Assembly: GCA_000008085.1 (NCBI GenBank)
Contig: AE017199.1
Coordinates: forward strand, 60,001-92,000
Direction: 5' to 3'
DNA: 32,000 bases
DNA from: Nanoarchaeum equitans Kin4-M
Lineage (GTDB): Archaea; Nanobdellota; Nanobdellia; Nanobdellales; Nanoarchaeaceae
The translations under genes and the position numbers were made by a program. A model generated the notes under the pieces. It was given only the letters and a program-made list of their open reading frames with translations. It made no database searches and had not been told where the DNA came from. Shown in pieces: positions 21,536 through 30,919 of this stretch. Numbering within the stretch: the first letter of the stretch is position 1; each line of letters begins with the position of its first letter.

Positions 21536-22555
21536 ATGGGTGTAAACTTAAAAGAGATAGTAGATCCTGTAAAAAAGGAAATAGAGTTTAAGCAATTGTT
21601 TGGAAAAGTTATAGCCATTGATGCTTTCAATGCTTTATACCAATTTTTATTTTCTATTAGACAAGATGGAGAACCTTTGAGAGATAGCAAAGGCAGGATA
21701 ACCTCCCATCTATCTGGTTTGTTCTATAGAACTATAAATTTGTTAGAATATGGTATAAAACCAATCTATGTTTTTGATGGCACCCCCCCAAAATTTAAAA
21801 TTGTTGCATGGGAAAAAAGAAAAAAACATAAGGAACAATTAGAAAGCAAATACAAAGAAGCGTTGAAAAAAGGTAATATACAAGAAGCAATAAAATATGC
21901 AAAAAGCTTGGGCAAACTAGATAGTTATATGGTTGAAGAAGCCAAAAAATTGTTGGAAGCGATGGGTATACCCTATGTGCAAGCCCCTAGCGAAGGGGAA
22001 GCAGAAGCTGCTTATTTAACTAAAAAGGGTGTTTCTGATTATTGTGGTAGCCAAGATTATGACTCTCTATTGTTTGGTTCTCCAAGGGTTGTTAGGAATA
22101 TAACTATTAGCGAAAAAAGAAAATTGCCAGGCAAAAATATTTATGTGGAAGTAAAACCAGAGGTAATAGAGTTAGAAGCAGTATTAAATTATTGGAAGAT
22201 AACTAGAGAACAATTAATAGCTATTGCCATGCTTTTAGGAACAGATTATAATGAAAAAGTCCCTGGCATAGGGCCAAAAACAGCAATAGAAATAGTAAAA
22301 AGGTTCGGCGATCCAATAAAAGTTATAGAATACTATAAAATACCCAATGGAAAGGAAATATTCGAGTTTTTCCTTAACCCCCCGGTCATAGATTTTGAAC
22401 CTAAATGGGGAAAACCAAACAAAGAGCTAATATTTAAAATTTTGGTAGAAGAGCATGACTTTAACCCAGAAAGAGTAGAGAGAGCAATCGAAAGATTAGA
22501 AAAAGCTCTTAATAAGATAAATCAAAAAACTTTATTTAGCTTTTTTGGTAGTTAG
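21536..22555 (+). CDS. fen: Flap endonuclease 1
   Basis: MGVNLKEIV..KVIAIDAFNALYQFL, VFDG, PYVQAPSEGEAEAAYL, SQDYDSLLFG, LLGTDYNEKVPGIGPKTA, C-terminal QKTLFSFF (PCNA-binding-like). Confidence 0.97.
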   Translation: MGVNLKEIVDPVKKEIEFKQLFGKVIAIDAFNALYQFLFSIRQDGEPLRDSKGRITSHLSGLFYRTINLLEYGIKPIYVFDGTPPKFKIVAWEKRKKHKEQLESKYKEALKKGNIQEAIKYAKSLGKLDSYMVEEAKKLLEAMGIPYVQAPSEGEAEAAYLTKKGVSDYCGSQDYDSLLFGSPRVVRNITISEKRKLPGKNIYVEVKPEVIELEAVLNYWKITREQLIAIAMLLGTDYNEKVPGIGPKTAIEIVKRFGDPIKVIEYYKIPNGKEIFEFFLNPPVIDFEPKWGKPNKELIFKILVEEHDFNPERVERAIERLEKALNKINQKTLFSFFGS

Positions 22556-24323
22556 ACAAAATTTTTATTATTTCTTCTTTTCCTAAAGCGATTATTAGGC
22601 TAGCAATTTTTGGCCCTTGTTCTTTGTTTATTAACATTTTATATAGCTTGGGGTAAAACTTTTTCGGATCTGTGTGCTCTTTTATTATATTGTGGATTGA
22701 TGTTTGTATCTCTTCCATATCATAATGCTTCATTTTTTCCAAATATTCAATAATTTTTTCCAATGCTTGCAATTCGTTTTTGTCTAAAGGTATAGTAATT
22801 CTCTCATAATTTGGTTTAATTTTTACTCTTTCTGGGCCATAGGTTATAGCCCAATATGTTGCTTTCCTTAGCCTTTCCAAATTATAATCCTTTAATGGAA
22901 TATTAATCCTATCAAAAGCTCTTTTTATCCTTTCTAGTACTTCTTCTTCAAATTTTATTGGTAAATGGGTATTAATTAGATATTCCTTAGGCAAAACTAT
23001 TTGTCCTATGATTGCTGCAGTGCTATATTCTATTTTCTTAGGAATCTCTTTTGGAATAGATCCTTTAGTTAAATAATAAACAATAATTTCTTCATTTTCA
23101 ATTTTGTTTTCACCAGACAAATGTAATAAAACTTTCTTTTCCAATTCATCATATTCTTTAACTAAAGAAGGAATATTCTCCATCTTTATATCTCTATGTG
23201 TTGTGGGTCTTTTAGTATATAAATACAAAACTACCTCTTTTTCCATAATTTTCAAGAACTCTGTTAAATTGTATATATTACCTTTGGAACCGGACATTTT
23301 TTTACCATCAACAGTAAAAAATTCGTATACTACCGGTATTGGTGGCTCTATATTGAATACTTCTTTTGCTATTTTAGGACTAATTTTCCAAGAAGACACA
23401 TAATGGTCTTTTCCCATTGGTTCTACATCTGTATCAAAATAAGCCCAATCCATTGCCCATTCCACATACCAATCTAGTTTACCATTTCTAATAGTGGTTT
23501 TTCCTTTATACCCACAGCCTTGTATTGTTTTTTTCTTTAGATGCCTTGATTCACATATATATTCTACTTCTTTCGTTTTAGGATTATAGTTTATAACATG
23601 TGTGCTACCGATTCTATTGCAGTTCTCACATATTACAGAGAATGGATATTCTCTTACATGCTCTTTATGCTCTCTAAGAATTTCATTTATTTTATCTTTA
23701 TTTTCTAAAGCTTTTTTTACTAAATTCTCCCATAAACCCGTATTATATAATATGGAAGGCGAGTAATATTCGAATCTTATATTATCTATTATTCCTAGCA
23801 ATTCGAACTCTTTAAAGTAAATAGAAATAAAATGCTCGCTCCAAGAGGAATGGCATTTGAATGGGTCTGGTATTCTTGCCACAGGAAAACCATCATATTT
23901 TTGTTCGTATTCATGTTTTTCTTTAAAATCAACGATATTTCCATATTTGTCCGCTATTTTCGATGGAAATCCTCTCATTGGATCTCTATCGTCAGAAGTA
24001 AATACTAACCTAACATTATATCCTAAAATGTCTATTACTTTAGCTATAAAATATGCTCTAATGACATCGTTAGCATTACCTATATGTAAAACCCCTGTTG
24101 GGGTATTAGCACATCTAACAGTAATCAAATCTTTATTCTTCTTCTTTGCTCTTTCTATTGCTTCTAAAGCAATTTTTACTGCCCAGAAATCGCTATCTTT
24201 TAGTTTTTCCCTTATATACTCTTCTATAGTTAATAACTTCCCATTATAATACACTTTGTTTTGTCTTTCTAACCCCAGTTCTTTCAATTTTTCATCTTTT
24301 GCTAATGGCAAGTACAGCTCCAC
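22536..24323 (-). CDS. lysS: Lysyl-tRNA synthetase, class I
   Basis: FWAVKIALEAI, ITVRCANTPTGVLHIGNANDVIRAYFI (HIGH), DGFPVARIPDPF, KMSGSKGN (KMSKS), YFDTDVEPMGKDH. Confidence 0.95.
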   Translation of the reverse strand: MELYLPLAKDEKLKELGLERQNKVYYNGKLLTIEEYIREKLKDSDFWAVKIALEAIERAKKKNKDLITVRCANTPTGVLHIGNANDVIRAYFIAKVIDILGYNVRLVFTSDDRDPMRGFPSKIADKYGNIVDFKEKHEYEQKYDGFPVARIPDPFKCHSSWSEHFISIYFKEFELLGIIDNIRFEYYSPSILYNTGLWENLVKKALENKDKINEILREHKEHVREYPFSVICENCNRIGSTHVINYNPKTKEVEYICESRHLKKKTIQGCGYKGKTTIRNGKLDWYVEWAMDWAYFDTDVEPMGKDHYVSSWKISPKIAKEVFNIEPPIPVVYEFFTVDGKKMSGSKGNIYNLTEFLKIMEKEVVLYLYTKRPTTHRDIKMENIPSLVKEYDELEKKVLLHLSGENKIENEEIIVYYLTKGSIPKEIPKKIEYSTAAIIGQIVLPKEYLINTHLPIKFEEEVLERIKRAFDRINIPLKDYNLERLRKATYWAITYGPERVKIKPNYERITIPLDKNELQALEKIIEYLEKMKHYDMEEIQTSIHNIIKEHTDPKKFYPKLYKMLINKEQGPKIASLIIALGKEEIIKILSNYQKS

Positions 24324-25018
24324 TATATGAGCAATTCCAAATTTTTAAATTTTTTATATTTTGAAACAAAAGCTTTTATAAAATCTTTGGGTAAATCCGA
24401 TAAAGTATTCCTATAACTGCTTAGACCTAGCTTTTTTATGGTCTGTTCATATTTATTAATATGATCCTTCAATAAAGCAATCGCTGTTTGTTCATCTATT
24501 TTATTATCACGCAAATATTGGATAGTTATATAAATATAACCGAATTCTTTTCCCAAATTCATTAGTATGTCTTCGTTTAGGCTGTTGTTTGCAGGTATTT
24601 GGCCTAACAATACTATATAGGAATAGAACTCGCTCTTTTTATCTATCGATTCTAAAGGTTTGCCTTTAATTAATAGTTCTTCGCCTTCCAAATAATATTT
24701 TAAAGCATCTATTATTCTATCTGGAATCCTTGCTAAATTAATAGTTTTTAATAAAATATATTTACTAGCTAAATCCTCCAAAGCATCGTTTTTTAATTTT
24801 AAGGACACATCTAATAGTTCTCCAACAAAAGAGTATATTAGAGCTTCGTCATCGTCAACATCGAACATTTTGGCTATCGCATATATTAGTGTGGCAATAT
24901 AGAAATCATTGGAAACAACCAAATAATACAAAATATCTTTATCGCCGAACAACTCTTTAGCCATATCTACGAATTTTTGTTTGTGCTTCCTATAGAATTG
25001 TAAAAAATATCCCATCAC
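24323..25018 (-). CDS. All-helical hypothetical protein; weak resemblance to isoprenyl-diphosphate-synthase fold without the DDxxD motifs
   Basis: Pattern GDKDILYYLVVSND..; ILMNLGKEFGYIYITIQYLRD; LLKDHINKYEQTIKKLG. Assignment is by pattern only. Confidence 0.65.
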   Translation of the reverse strand: MMGYFLQFYRKHKQKFVDMAKELFGDKDILYYLVVSNDFYIATLIYAIAKMFDVDDDEALIYSFVGELLDVSLKLKNDALEDLASKYILLKTINLARIPDRIIDALKYYLEGEELLIKGKPLESIDKKSEFYSYIVLLGQIPANNSLNEDILMNLGKEFGYIYITIQYLRDNKIDEQTAIALLKDHINKYEQTIKKLGLSSYRNTLSDLPKDFIKAFVSKYKKFKNLELLI

Positions 25019-25020
25019 TT

Positions 25021-26202
25021 CTATTTTAGTTTTTCTTTATAAATTTTCTTTAGCTTTGCTTTAATTTGTGGGAACACATAGAATAAATAAGAGAAAAGCC
25101 CAAACAATATTGCTGAAGCATAAGATAATATAGTGGCAATTATAGCACCTTTGATTGAATATTTTGGTATCAAAATCAAATCGAAGAATATATTAACTAT
25201 TAGTGAAATCCATAAAGCTATAGCGCTTAAATGGGGGAATCCTTTATATTCGAACAAAACATTTATATAGGATAGGCTATCCAAAAACACAATTGGCAAA
25301 GCTATTAAAGTTAAATCATAAACTATTTCGTATTGTTTTCCCAACAATAAAACTATAACTTTTTTGCCCAGCAAAATAAAAGCTATAGCAAAAATAATGG
25401 CTATTAAAGAATGGTAAAATATTGTTTTTCCCAATAGCTTTAGAGAATCTTTCCAGTTTAAATCCCTAATAGCTGGAGCTAAAACGTTTCTAGCATTGAA
25501 TATATTTAATAAAGCCTCTATTGTTTGTGAGACCAATTTGTATATACCAGCATCTTTAAGAGAAAGCAAAAAACCCACAATCATCGTATCTGTTATATAA
25601 TAGGTGTTTTTGGCCAAATTTATTAAATTATAACTAATTAAATGGTATAGCTCACTTTTTGTTAGATTTTTCACAGTAATTTTCGGTTTAATATAGATAA
25701 ACAATGCCGATGCTATTAGAAAATCTGTTATTACCCAGTCTAAAAATATGTTTCGAGAAAAAAGAGAGATAATTAACTTTAAAATAGCATCCAATAGCAT
25801 AGATATAGAATATAAATCATATTGGTAGTTGGCTATAAGATTAGCTCTCAAAGTCATAATAAAAGCTAGGAATATACTATCCAATACTAGCAATAAATAT
25901 ATTATTGGATCCGAAATTAAAGATTGTAAAAAATAGTACAAACCTAAGAAAATAGGCAAAAAAATTATTATTCCTGCTAAAATTATACCATAGTATTTAG
26001 TATCTTTGTATTTGATTATTTGTTGGGCTGTCCCAAGGTTTATTAATAAAGCATAAGTCATAGTAAGGCTTGTAAATATTACGAACAAACCAAAACTATT
26101 TGAATCTAGCCTTCTCGCTAATATTATTGTTATTGCGGAATAAATTAAAGTGCTAATTAAAGTGCCGAGCTTTTCGTTAATAAGATTATTGAGAATTTTC
26201 AA
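25021..26202 (-). CDS. Polysaccharide/lipid flippase-like membrane protein (MOP superfamily)
   Basis: Many transmembrane helices; ILARRLDSNSFGLFVIFTSL, YRVTDTMIVG-like region (YYITDTMIVGFLLSLKDAGIYKLVSQ). Confidence 0.8.
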   Translation of the reverse strand: MKILNNLINEKLGTLISTLIYSAITIILARRLDSNSFGLFVIFTSLTMTYALLINLGTAQQIIKYKDTKYYGIILAGIIIFLPIFLGLYYFLQSLISDPIIYLLLVLDSIFLAFIMTLRANLIANYQYDLYSISMLLDAILKLIISLFSRNIFLDWVITDFLIASALFIYIKPKITVKNLTKSELYHLISYNLINLAKNTYYITDTMIVGFLLSLKDAGIYKLVSQTIEALLNIFNARNVLAPAIRDLNWKDSLKLLGKTIFYHSLIAIIFAIAFILLGKKVIVLLLGKQYEIVYDLTLIALPIVFLDSLSYINVLFEYKGFPHLSAIALWISLIVNIFFDLILIPKYSIKGAIIATILSYASAILFGLFSYLFYVFPQIKAKLKKIYKEKLK

Positions 26203-27040
26203 TTTTATCTTTTATTTCGTCATATAATAGTTTAGCAGCATTTTCTGCTCTAATTAAAATTTGGTCTATAACTTCTTTAGAAGGTATGCCCAATTCTATG
26301 GCTAAACCAATAGAACTTCTATGGGCTTTAATTAATAGTTCGTCAATTATTTCTTTAGTAGGTATAGCTAATTCTATAGCTAAACCTCTAGCTTTTATAT
26401 AAGCGTCTTTCAATTGCTCTATATATAGATCTAATGGAGTATTCAATATTTGTTTGTCATAGAATACTTCATCTTTAGCGGCTATAAGAGTTACTTGCCT
26501 TTCTATTGGTTTTATACCCAAAGTTTGTAAAACATTGGCAACTTTTGGACTTACTATTTCCCCTTCTTTTACAACTACAGCGTCTTCTACAATCTCTATT
26601 TTACCACTAGTGACTTTGGTTTTAACTCCCAATGCCCTAAGCTCTGTTTGTATTGGACCCACAGGTATATTGGTTATACCCTTTGGAATAACTATATCTT
26701 TTGGAGCAATTTCCCCTGCTTTTATCGGGACATTAACTTTATGTTCCATGAATATTTTTGCTATTTTGAATATGTTCTCGTTTGTGCTTAATAATAAAGC
26801 TGTTACCTCTTTTTCTTTTTCCAATTCGTTAGCCAAATCTTCGTAACCAGTCTCTTTCAATGCTCTAATTATTAACCTTTTTTTAGAAACTCTCATATTA
26901 GCTAGGTTTCTAACTTCTTTTCTAATTCTTTGTAAATCTCTCGTAGGGATCCCCCTAATATTAGCAATTGCTACAGTTTTACCTTTTTTTATAATATCTT
27001 TTAACCTATTAACCTCTTCAACCTTAGAAGGATTTACCAT
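26186..27040 (-). CDS. rpl10: Ribosomal protein L10 / P0 (uL10), lacking the usual acidic C-terminal tail
   Basis: KTVAIANIRGIPTRDLQRIRKEVR..KVNVPIKAGEIAPKDIVIPKGITNIPVGPIQTELRALGVKTKVTSGKIEI..VLQTLGIKPI. Ends ..ENAAKLLYDEIKDKIENSQ. Confidence 0.93.
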   Translation of the reverse strand: MVNPSKVEEVNRLKDIIKKGKTVAIANIRGIPTRDLQRIRKEVRNLANMRVSKKRLIIRALKETGYEDLANELEKEKEVTALLLSTNENIFKIAKIFMEHKVNVPIKAGEIAPKDIVIPKGITNIPVGPIQTELRALGVKTKVTSGKIEIVEDAVVVKEGEIVSPKVANVLQTLGIKPIERQVTLIAAKDEVFYDKQILNTPLDLYIEQLKDAYIKARGLAIELAIPTKEIIDELLIKAHRSSIGLAIELGIPSKEVIDQILIRAENAAKLLYDEIKDKIENSQ

Positions 27041-27068
27041 TGAGGTCTTACACAGAATATTTTAAAAA

Positions 27069-27470
27069 TTAGACTATAATTCTAGCAATTTTTGCGAGAT
27101 CTGGCCACCTCTCTGCAACTTCTTTAGCTATTGGAGTTTTTATTATTGTTCCTTTTGGAGTTCCATAGTCGTCTTTTAATAACGCTACAGCGTTATCCTC
27201 AAACTTAATTCTTGTTCCATCTCTTCTACGCCACTCTTTTTTCATTCTAACTACTACTGCTTTGAATATTTGCCCTATCATATCTGGTTTTCCATCTCTT
27301 ACAGATACAATAACTAAATCAGCAATACCTGCTTTAGCGAGTCTTCTTTTTCTGCCTTTGTAACCTTTTACTGCAATAAGCTTTACAACTTTTGCTCCAG
27401 AGTTATCTGCCACATTTAAATAAGCACCAACAGGTAAAGCTCTTACTATTGAAGCACTTATTGGTTTCAT
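27069..27470 (-). CDS. rpl14: Ribosomal protein L14 (uL14)
   Basis: LPVGAYLNVADNSGAKVVKLIAVKGYKGRKRRLAKAGIADLVIVSVRDGKPDMIGQIFKAVVVR. Confidence 0.97.
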   Translation of the reverse strand: MKPISASIVRALPVGAYLNVADNSGAKVVKLIAVKGYKGRKRRLAKAGIADLVIVSVRDGKPDMIGQIFKAVVVRMKKEWRRRDGTRIKFEDNAVALLKDDYGTPKGTIIKTPIAKEVAERWPDLAKIARIIV

Positions 27471-27497
27471 TCATAAACGATGTTATAGAATTTAAAT

Positions 27498-27764
27498 ATG
27501 AGAAAGTGGGTTACCCTATTTGCTGGGAGTTTCGCTTTATGGTTGGGCTATTATATTATAATAGGAGAACCTAAAGCAATAAAGGAAACATCGAAACCTT
27601 CTATCAATAAACCAAAACCTATAATAGTGAAAGAAACTAAAAAAGAAACTAAAACAGAACAACCCAAAAAAGAAGAGATAATCATAAAAGATAGAGATGA
27701 TGCTTTTATATATTGGTTGTTACTCTCTTTAAATGCTAGCAATAATAAAGGAAACAATAGCTAG
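27498..27764 (+). CDS. Small hypothetical protein with N-terminal membrane anchor and charged linker
   Basis: MRKWVTLFAGSFALWLGYYIII then Lys/Glu-rich segment; overlaps the next ORF. Confidence 0.55.
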   Translation: MRKWVTLFAGSFALWLGYYIIIGEPKAIKETSKPSINKPKPIIVKETKKETKTEQPKKEEIIIKDRDDAFIYWLLLSLNASNNKGNNS

Positions 27765-28353
27765 CTCTTTAGCTGTAATTGATAAATTGGTTTTACCCTT
27801 TCCTTTAATTTTATGGTATCTGTCTGTATTTTTGTTTATTAATTTGTTCTTTTATGGTTTATTGATTTTTCTTTCAAAGAAAAAATCCATAGATATAGAA
27901 ATTAAAGAATGCAATTGGTTTTTCTATAGTGTATTCTTTGCTATTATGTCTAAGTTGCATTTGCCGTTATATTGTATAAAAGTTCCAAAAACTAAAGAAA
28001 TAGCAAGAATATATTTGTTTGTTATATCTATTATTGGTTTGTTCGCTGTCAACGATATTCTAAAAGAGTATATAATATTTTTCATTGTTAGTAGGTTAAT
28101 TCCTTGGCAAATATTACATTTTTACTTTTATTCTATAATAGAGAAAGATCCTGAAAAAATATTAAAGAAAAAGTTTGAACCTTTAACGGATGGCGATTAT
28201 ATAATACAATATTTATTTGAAAAAGACATCTATCTCCCTATTGGTTTGATAATAATAGAATTTTTCTTAGACTTGCCATATAAAATTGCTATCCCTTCCC
28301 TAATACTAATATTTTGGTCTCTCTATGATAAAATCCTTAAATTTTTTATATAA
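27733..28353 (+). CDS. Polytopic membrane protein, unknown function
   Basis: Multiple hydrophobic segments; 8-nt convergent overlap with rpl5. Confidence 0.65.
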   Translation: MLAIIKETIASSLAVIDKLVLPFPLILWYLSVFLFINLFFYGLLIFLSKKKSIDIEIKECNWFFYSVFFAIMSKLHLPLYCIKVPKTKEIARIYLFVISIIGLFAVNDILKEYIIFFIVSRLIPWQILHFYFYSIIEKDPEKILKKKFEPLTDGDYIIQYLFEKDIYLPIGLIIIEFFLDLPYKIAIPSLILIFWSLYDKILKFFI

Positions 28354-28855
28354 TTTGTACTCCCAACTCTTCTTGTGCCCATTTAATAATTTCTTCTTTA
28401 TTTAACCTATGCCTACTACCAACTTTGCTTCTTTTTATTCTTCTCCTTTCAACTCTATAGCCAGGCCTTTCTAATGTTACATATGCTTCTAATCCTATTA
28501 AACCTAACTCTGGATCATATTTCATTCCTGGAATCATTATATATTCGGGGATACCAAAACCAAACCCCCTATCTGTAAAAGAAGAAGCTTTTATTTTGAA
28601 ATCTACTGCGGGTAATAGTTTTTCTTTTAATATTTTGTAAGCTTTTTCCCCTCTTAATGTTACTTTTACACCTATGGGCAAACCAGGTCTAATATGCCAT
28701 TGTTCTACCCTAACTTTTGCTTTTGTTTTTACTGGTTTTTGGCCTGTAAGTCTTTTTAACAATTCATAAGCTTTATCTAATTTTTCCCCACTTTCTCCAA
28801 CCCCAATGTTAAGAGTAACTTTTTCAATCCTAATTTTTCTCATAGGGTGTTCCAT
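28346..28855 (-). CDS. rpl5: Ribosomal protein L5 (uL5)
   Basis: MRKIRIEKVTLNIGVGESGEKLDKAYELLKRLTGQKPVKTKAK..FGFGIPEYIMIPGMKYDPELGLIGLEAYVTLERPGYRV. Confidence 0.97.
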   Translation of the reverse strand: MEHPMRKIRIEKVTLNIGVGESGEKLDKAYELLKRLTGQKPVKTKAKVRVEQWHIRPGLPIGVKVTLRGEKAYKILKEKLLPAVDFKIKASSFTDRGFGFGIPEYIMIPGMKYDPELGLIGLEAYVTLERPGYRVERRRIKRSKVGSRHRLNKEEIIKWAQEELGVQII

Positions 28856-28886
28856 AGCAATAGCGAAGAAAGTTATTTAAAAATAA

Positions 28887-29444
28887 ATGGTTTCTCTAAA
28901 AATGGAGATTTATAACTATGGAACTCAAGATAACGCTTTAGTTATAGAAATGAAAAGAGGAGAATCGATTAATCTAAAAAAGGGGTCACTTATTTTTATT
29001 AAAGGTAAACATGCAATAAAACCATCAAAAGAGAATAGTTTCTTTTTATTAGAATGCCTCGGGCATTGTTCTGTAGGTGTTTCGATGGGTATTGGTAAAA
29101 AAGAAATAATAAATGTTATTGAGCCTTTATATATAAATATGAATAATGTAATTGGCTTTTACAATGCTAAATATGTAAAACTGGGCAAAAAAATAATAGA
29201 TTATAATACTTCTATGGATCTAATTTATACAAGGGAAGGTAATTACATTTTGTCTTACAAAGGGGATAAACTAGAACTTAGAATAGGAAATGAAAAAGTT
29301 TTAGTAGATTTGGACAATTTGGTTCTAACTAATGGCAAAATAAAATTTATCCCTCATAAAAATGCTGTAATAACAGGGGAAGAACCATTGTTAGCAGAAA
29401 TCGAAGGCCCAGCAATAATATATTTGCAAACCATCACTTTATAA
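28887..29444 (+). CDS. AIM24-like (DUF124) family protein
   Basis: GTQDNALVIEMKRGESINLKKGSLIFIKG..LLAEIEGPAIIYLQTITL resembles the AIM24 jelly-roll family. Confidence 0.5.
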   Translation: MVSLKMEIYNYGTQDNALVIEMKRGESINLKKGSLIFIKGKHAIKPSKENSFFLLECLGHCSVGVSMGIGKKEIINVIEPLYINMNNVIGFYNAKYVKLGKKIIDYNTSMDLIYTREGNYILSYKGDKLELRIGNEKVLVDLDNLVLTNGKIKFIPHKNAVITGEEPLLAEIEGPAIIYLQTITL

Positions 29445-29465
29445 AAAACATTTCGTTTACTCCAT

Positions 29466-30296
29466 ATGGGTAAAATAATAAGCGCTATACAAATTGCTTA
29501 CGAAGGAGGAATAGATTTAGATACTTTGAAAAGAATGCTTAAATCATATAAACCCAAAGGAAATGTTATTCCCGATGTTGTTACTAAGCATTATAGAGAT
29601 TTGGAATTTGGCCAACTAAAAGGGGTTAGAATAGTAAGAATCGCAACCCATCCAGATTTTCAAGGAAAAGGATTTGGTTCAATAGCATTAAAAGAAATGT
29701 CTCAAGATCTAAAAAATAAAGGATTTCATTGGATTGGTACTGGTTTTGGAGCAACAGTTAAACTATTAAATTTTTGGCTAAAAAATGGTTTTATTCCAGT
29801 CCATATAAGTCCGGAAAAAAACCCCGCTACTGGAGAATACTCGGTTGTAGTTATAAAACCATTGTCTAAAAAAACAGAAGAAATAATAAAAAGGGTTAAT
29901 TTTGAATTTAAATGGAAATTTTTAAATTCTGTTACAGATGTTTTTTTCGATATAGAGCCCAAATTGGGAGTAATGTTAACTTATAGCCCATATAAGCATA
30001 GCTTAGAGAAGCATGGCATTAAAATATTTACAGATGTTCAATTGGATAGAATAAAGCTTTATATTAATGGACCTATGACATATGAAGCTGCGGCAGATCT
30101 AGTTAGGCTTTTAGCTATTAAACATTTTGTTGAGAGAAAAATCGAACTACCAATAGAAAAAGAAGAAAAGTTGTTTGCCAAATCTTTATTGGCATGGAGC
30201 TGGAAAAAGATGTCGGAATATTATGACAAAAAGCCTTCAAAGCTTAGAGACGAAATAAGAAAGATATGCAAAGAATTATACCGTTCCTATTTCTAA
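29466..30296 (+). CDS. tmcA: Stand-alone C-terminal half of tRNA(Met) cytidine acetyltransferase TmcA (GNAT plus tail domain)
   Basis: GNVIPDVVTKHYRDLEFGQLKGVRIVRIATHPDFQGKGFGSIALKEM..WIGTGFGATVKLLNFWLKNGFIPVHISPEKNPATGEYSVVVIKPL. No helicase half upstream. Confidence 0.85.
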   Translation: MGKIISAIQIAYEGGIDLDTLKRMLKSYKPKGNVIPDVVTKHYRDLEFGQLKGVRIVRIATHPDFQGKGFGSIALKEMSQDLKNKGFHWIGTGFGATVKLLNFWLKNGFIPVHISPEKNPATGEYSVVVIKPLSKKTEEIIKRVNFEFKWKFLNSVTDVFFDIEPKLGVMLTYSPYKHSLEKHGIKIFTDVQLDRIKLYINGPMTYEAAADLVRLLAIKHFVERKIELPIEKEEKLFAKSLLAWSWKKMSEYYDKKPSKLRDEIRKICKELYRSYF

Positions 30297-30919
30297 TATT
30301 AGTATTAGTATTTCTATCTCTAATACCAAAGAGTTGTAAAGTAGAATATGTTATTGATGGAGATACAATAAAAACGAGTTGTGGTAAAGTAAGGCTTTCT
30401 TTAATTGATGCCCACGAAAGAGGAGAACCGCTATATGAAAAAGCGAAAGAGTTTGTTCAACAATTTCTTAGAAATTGTGACCCCGTTATAATAAAAGAAG
30501 GCTATGATAAATATAATAGAATTTTAGCGTTAGTTAAATGTAACAACAAAACATTGAATGTTGAGTTAGTAAAAAACAAACTGGCTATTGTTTATTTAAG
30601 GTATTGTCCTTATTCCAAATTTAGAGATTATGATATATTTTATAATTTTTGCCATTATATTAAATCAAACAAATATGGTTGTTTAGAACTAAAAAGGAAA
30701 GGGCAAAAAGTTATTATTTTTAACAAATGCGATAAAATCCATATCGATGGGTTTGTTACTACATATAATGGAGAGTTTATTCCTATTAATGTTACTATTG
30801 AAAAACAATATACTATCGATTTTTATGCCTATTTTCACAAAAATGTTTTAGACCCGAAAGAGAAAATTTTTGTATTCGATAGGAATGGCTTTTTGTTAGC
30901 TCAGCTTGGCTCTTCTTAA
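30266..30919 (+). CDS. Secreted or membrane-anchored thermonuclease (SNase-like)
   Basis: N-terminal hydrophobic signal MQRIIPFLFLILVLVFLSLIP, then VIDGDTIKT..VRLSLIDAHERGEPLYEKAKEFV..YDKYNRILALVKC. Confidence 0.8.
   Translation: MQRIIPFLFLILVLVFLSLIPKSCKVEYVIDGDTIKTSCGKVRLSLIDAHERGEPLYEKAKEFVQQFLRNCDPVIIKEGYDKYNRILALVKCNNKTLNVELVKNKLAIVYLRYCPYSKFRDYDIFYNFCHYIKSNKYGCLELKRKGQKVIIFNKCDKIHIDGFVTTYNGEFIPINVTIEKQYTIDFYAYFHKNVLDPKEKIFVFDRNGFLLAQLGSS

Noticed and set aside
23857-24249. 130-aa plus-strand ORF opposite lysS
   Set aside because: Antisense artefact of the class I LysRS gene.
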